Shown piece by piece: positions 50,826 to 53,299 of a stretch of 53,299 bases of DNA. The notes under the pieces are model-generated. The model had not been told where the DNA came from. It did no database searches and was given only the letters and a program-made list of their open reading frames with translations. Location: contig CBDDTI010000013.1 in assembly GCA_965233585.1 (NCBI GenBank), positions 1 through 53,299 of the forward strand. The letters are read 5' to 3'. The translations under genes and the position numbers were made by a program. Every line of letters begins with the position of its first letter. The first letter of the stretch is position 1. The stretch is from a bacterium. GTDB taxonomy: Bacteria > SAR324 > NAC60-12.

Positions 50826-51759
50826 GCTTCTTCTACCATGCAGCACAAACCTTTCAAACTTGAGTTCGCCCAGAGCACCATCGTAAGCAAAAACCTGCCA
50901 AACTTAAGTTAGGGCCAGGCACAAACTTAAGCACAAACCGCCCAAACTTAAATTCGCCCAGGGCACCAGCTTAAGCACCGCCAGGCCCCAACTTAAGTTA
51001 GGGCCAGGCCCAAACTTAAGCACAAACCGCCCAAACTTAAGTTCGCCCAGAGCACCAACTTAAGCACCGCCAGGCCCCAACTTAAGTTACGGCCAGGCAC
51101 AAACTTAAGCACAAACCGCCCAAACTTAAATTCGCCCAGGGCACCAGCTTAAGCACCGCCATAACCTACAGGGTTTGGGGTTTCCAGTTGGGGCACCAAA
51201 CCCCTCCTTTTTGAAAAAGAAGTTGCATCTTCAGCGCTGGATGGTATCACTAGAAGATTGGGGGGTCGAGGGCTTAAAACTGAGGGTTGTTTTCGGATAT
51301 TATTTTGTTGCTCATATAACTTTCAGGGTTTGGGGTTTCCAGTTGGGGCGCCAAACCCGTCTTTTTTGAAAATGAAGTTGTATCTTCAGCGATGGATGGT
51401 ATCACTGGGTGGTTAGGGGTCGGAGGGCTTGGTTTTGGATGCTGCTTTGTTGTTCATAAAATTTAGAGGGTTTGAGGTTTCCAGTTGGGGTACCAAACCC
51501 TTCTCTATTGAAAATGAAGTTGGGGCACCAAACCTTTCTTCAGGGCTAAACTTCAAAGGGCTTAGGGCGAAGCTTCAGCCATTGCCAGGACCAGTTGAGG
51601 GTTATAGAGTTAAACTCCAGCCATTGCCAGGGCCAATTTACGGTTAAACTTCACAGGGTGTCCCGTTTACCAGGGGGGCTTTAGGGTTGAAGTTTGAGGC
51701 TGCTGGGTAGGGTTTGGAAAGTTAGGATCAAAGGCTTCCACCATTGTCAGGTGTTGTTT

Positions 51760-52225
51760 CAGGGTTAAGGGGCTTTAGGGTTGAAGGACTTTAGGGTTGA
51801 TGATTTCAGGGTTTGAAGGTTTTAGGGTTAAATGATTTTTTTTTACGGTTAAAGGATTTTGGGATTAAAGGGTTTTAGGGTTAATGGGTTTAAGGGTTAA
51901 TTTAAAGGACTTTATGGTTGAAGGAAGTTAGGGTTAAAGGGTCTTAGGGTTAAAGGATTTTAGGGTTAAAGGATTTTAGGGTTGAAGAATTTTAGGGTTA
52001 ACGGATTTTAGGGTTAAAGGACTGTAGGGCTAATGCTTTCAGGGTTTGAAGATTTTAGGGCGAAAGGATTTTACGATTAAAGATTTTAGGATTAAAGGGT
52101 TTTAAGGTTAAAGGATTTTAGGGCTAAAGGACTTTAGGGTTATGGGGCTTTAGGGTTAAAGAATTCAGGGTTGAACGATTTTAGAGTTACAGCATTTTAG
52201 GGTTAAGGGGTCTTAGGTTTAAAGG
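51760..52225 (+). repeat. Degenerate ~16-bp telomere-like repeat (aaaggattttagggtt)n
   Basis: Direct reading of the sequence. Confidence 0.9.
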
Positions 52226-52296
52226 ACGTTAGTATTCAACCACCCTGTGTTGGCGCCCAAGTGCCGCAAGGCTCCTAAAATTTAGGGTTTAGGGTT

Positions 52297-52743
52297 CGAC
52301 AACACAGGGTGTTGGCGCCCAGGTCAAACCGCGAGCTTCAAGTTCCACAGAAAAACTAATCACAACGCATCACAATCTTTTATAGTCTCTTAGGGGGTGC
52401 GCGCCCTACGCTCCAAAACCACCAGGGGCCCTTTTTGACCAGGGGCCCTTTTTGACCAGGGGCCTCTTGGAGGACCCCGCGCCCTACGCTCCAAAACCAC
52501 CAGGGGCCCTTTTTGACCAGGGGCCTCTTGGAGGACCCCGCACCCTACGCTCCAAAACCACCAGGGGCCTTTTTTGACCAGGGGCCTCTTGGAGGACTCC
52601 GCGCCCTACGCTCCAAAACCACCAGGGGCCCTTTTTGACCAGGGGCCTCTTGGAGGACCCCGCACCCTACGCTCCAAAACCACCAGGGGCCCTTTTTGAC
52701 CAGGGGTCTCTTGGAGGACCCCGCGCCCTACGCTCCAAAACCA
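52297..52743 (+). mobile_element. Second, 3'-truncated copy of the subtelomeric element, capped by the telomere
   Basis: Near-identical to 49300-49720; it breaks inside a 61-bp unit (ccaaaacca|tttaggg). Confidence 0.85.
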
Positions 52744-53299
52744 TTTAGGGTTTTAGGGTTTAGGGTTTTTAGGGTTTAGGGTTTAGGGTTTAGGGTTTAG
52801 GGTTTAGGGTTTAGGGTTTAGGGTTTAGGGTTTAGGGTTTAGGGTTTTAGGGTTTAGGGTTTAGGGTTTAGGGTTTAGGGTTTAGGGTTTAGGGTTTAGG
52901 GTTTAGGTTAGGGTTTAGGGTTTAGGGTTTAGGGTTTAGGGTTTAGGGTTTAGGGTTTAGGGTTTAGGGTTTAGGGTTTAGGGTTTAGGGTTTAGGGTTT
53001 AGGGTTTAGGGTTTTAGGGTTTTAGGGTTTTAGGGTTTAGGGTTTAGGGTTTAGGGTTTAGGGTTTAGGGTTTAGGGTTTAGGGTTTAGGGTTTAGGGTT
53101 TAGGGTTTAGGGTTTAGGGTTTAGGGTTTAGGGTTTAGGGTTTAGGGTTTAGGGTTTAGGGTTTAGGGTTTAGGGTTTAGGGTTTAGGGTTTAGGGTTTA
53201 GGGTTTAGGGTTATGGGGTTTAGGGTTATAGGGTTTAGGGTTTAGGGTTTAGGGTTTAGGGTTTAGGGTTTAGGGTTTAGGGTTTACGGTTTAGGGTTT
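52744..53299 (+). repeat. Telomere (TTTAGGG)n
   Basis: About 556 bp of almost perfect TTTAGGG running to the window end, with the G-rich strand pointing outward. Confidence 0.98.

Larger units (their letters stand above)
49300..52280 (+). mobile_element. ~3-kb Helentron-like non-autonomous subtelomeric element flanked by TTTAGGG repeats
   Basis: Left junction tttagggtttagggtt|cgacaac; right junction gcc-gcaa-ggc-tcctaaaa|tttagggtttagggtt. The subterminal sequence caccctgtgttg (52241-52252) is the inverse of caacacagggtg at the start of the next copy (52300-52311). Confidence 0.65.

Overview
This is a eukaryotic chromosome end: a subtelomere followed by about 556 bp of (TTTAGGG)n telomere at the right edge. 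Very short exons, GC and GA splice donors and a possible relict spliced leader point to a dinoflagellate, probably Symbiodiniaceae (inference). The one host gene I could reconstruct is an adenylate kinase 6 (AK6/Fap7/CINAP) gene, with 10 mini-exons at 6692-8641; a weaker F-box-like candidate starts at 27833. Most of the rest is mobile and repetitive DNA. (1) At 1-5525, an intronless ORF of at least ~1650 aa with one frameshift encodes a CCHC knuckle, a Tpt1/KptA-like NAD+-dependent RNA 2'-phosphotransferase/ADP-ribosyltransferase domain and a Zn ribbon. It is followed by a densely base-paired ~570-nt 3' region and a (TATAA)n tract. (2) Arrays of short non-coding units separated by (CA)n carry, on the minus strand, a strongly covarying pseudoknot motif (8 copies, 6 sequence variants) that matches no RNA family I recognise. 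(3) A decayed retroelement-like block at 30-33.4 kb has an EEP/APE-like nuclease pseudogene, four covarying hairpins directly after its stop codon, and Penelope-like RT remnants. (4) Helentron-like non-autonomous elements carry satellites; one family sits in tandem inside TTTAGGG repeats, and its last copy is truncated and capped by the telomere. (5) There are many microsatellites and satellites, plus very AT-rich degraded blocks that may be partly sequencing artefact. All calls were made by eye, with no database searches.
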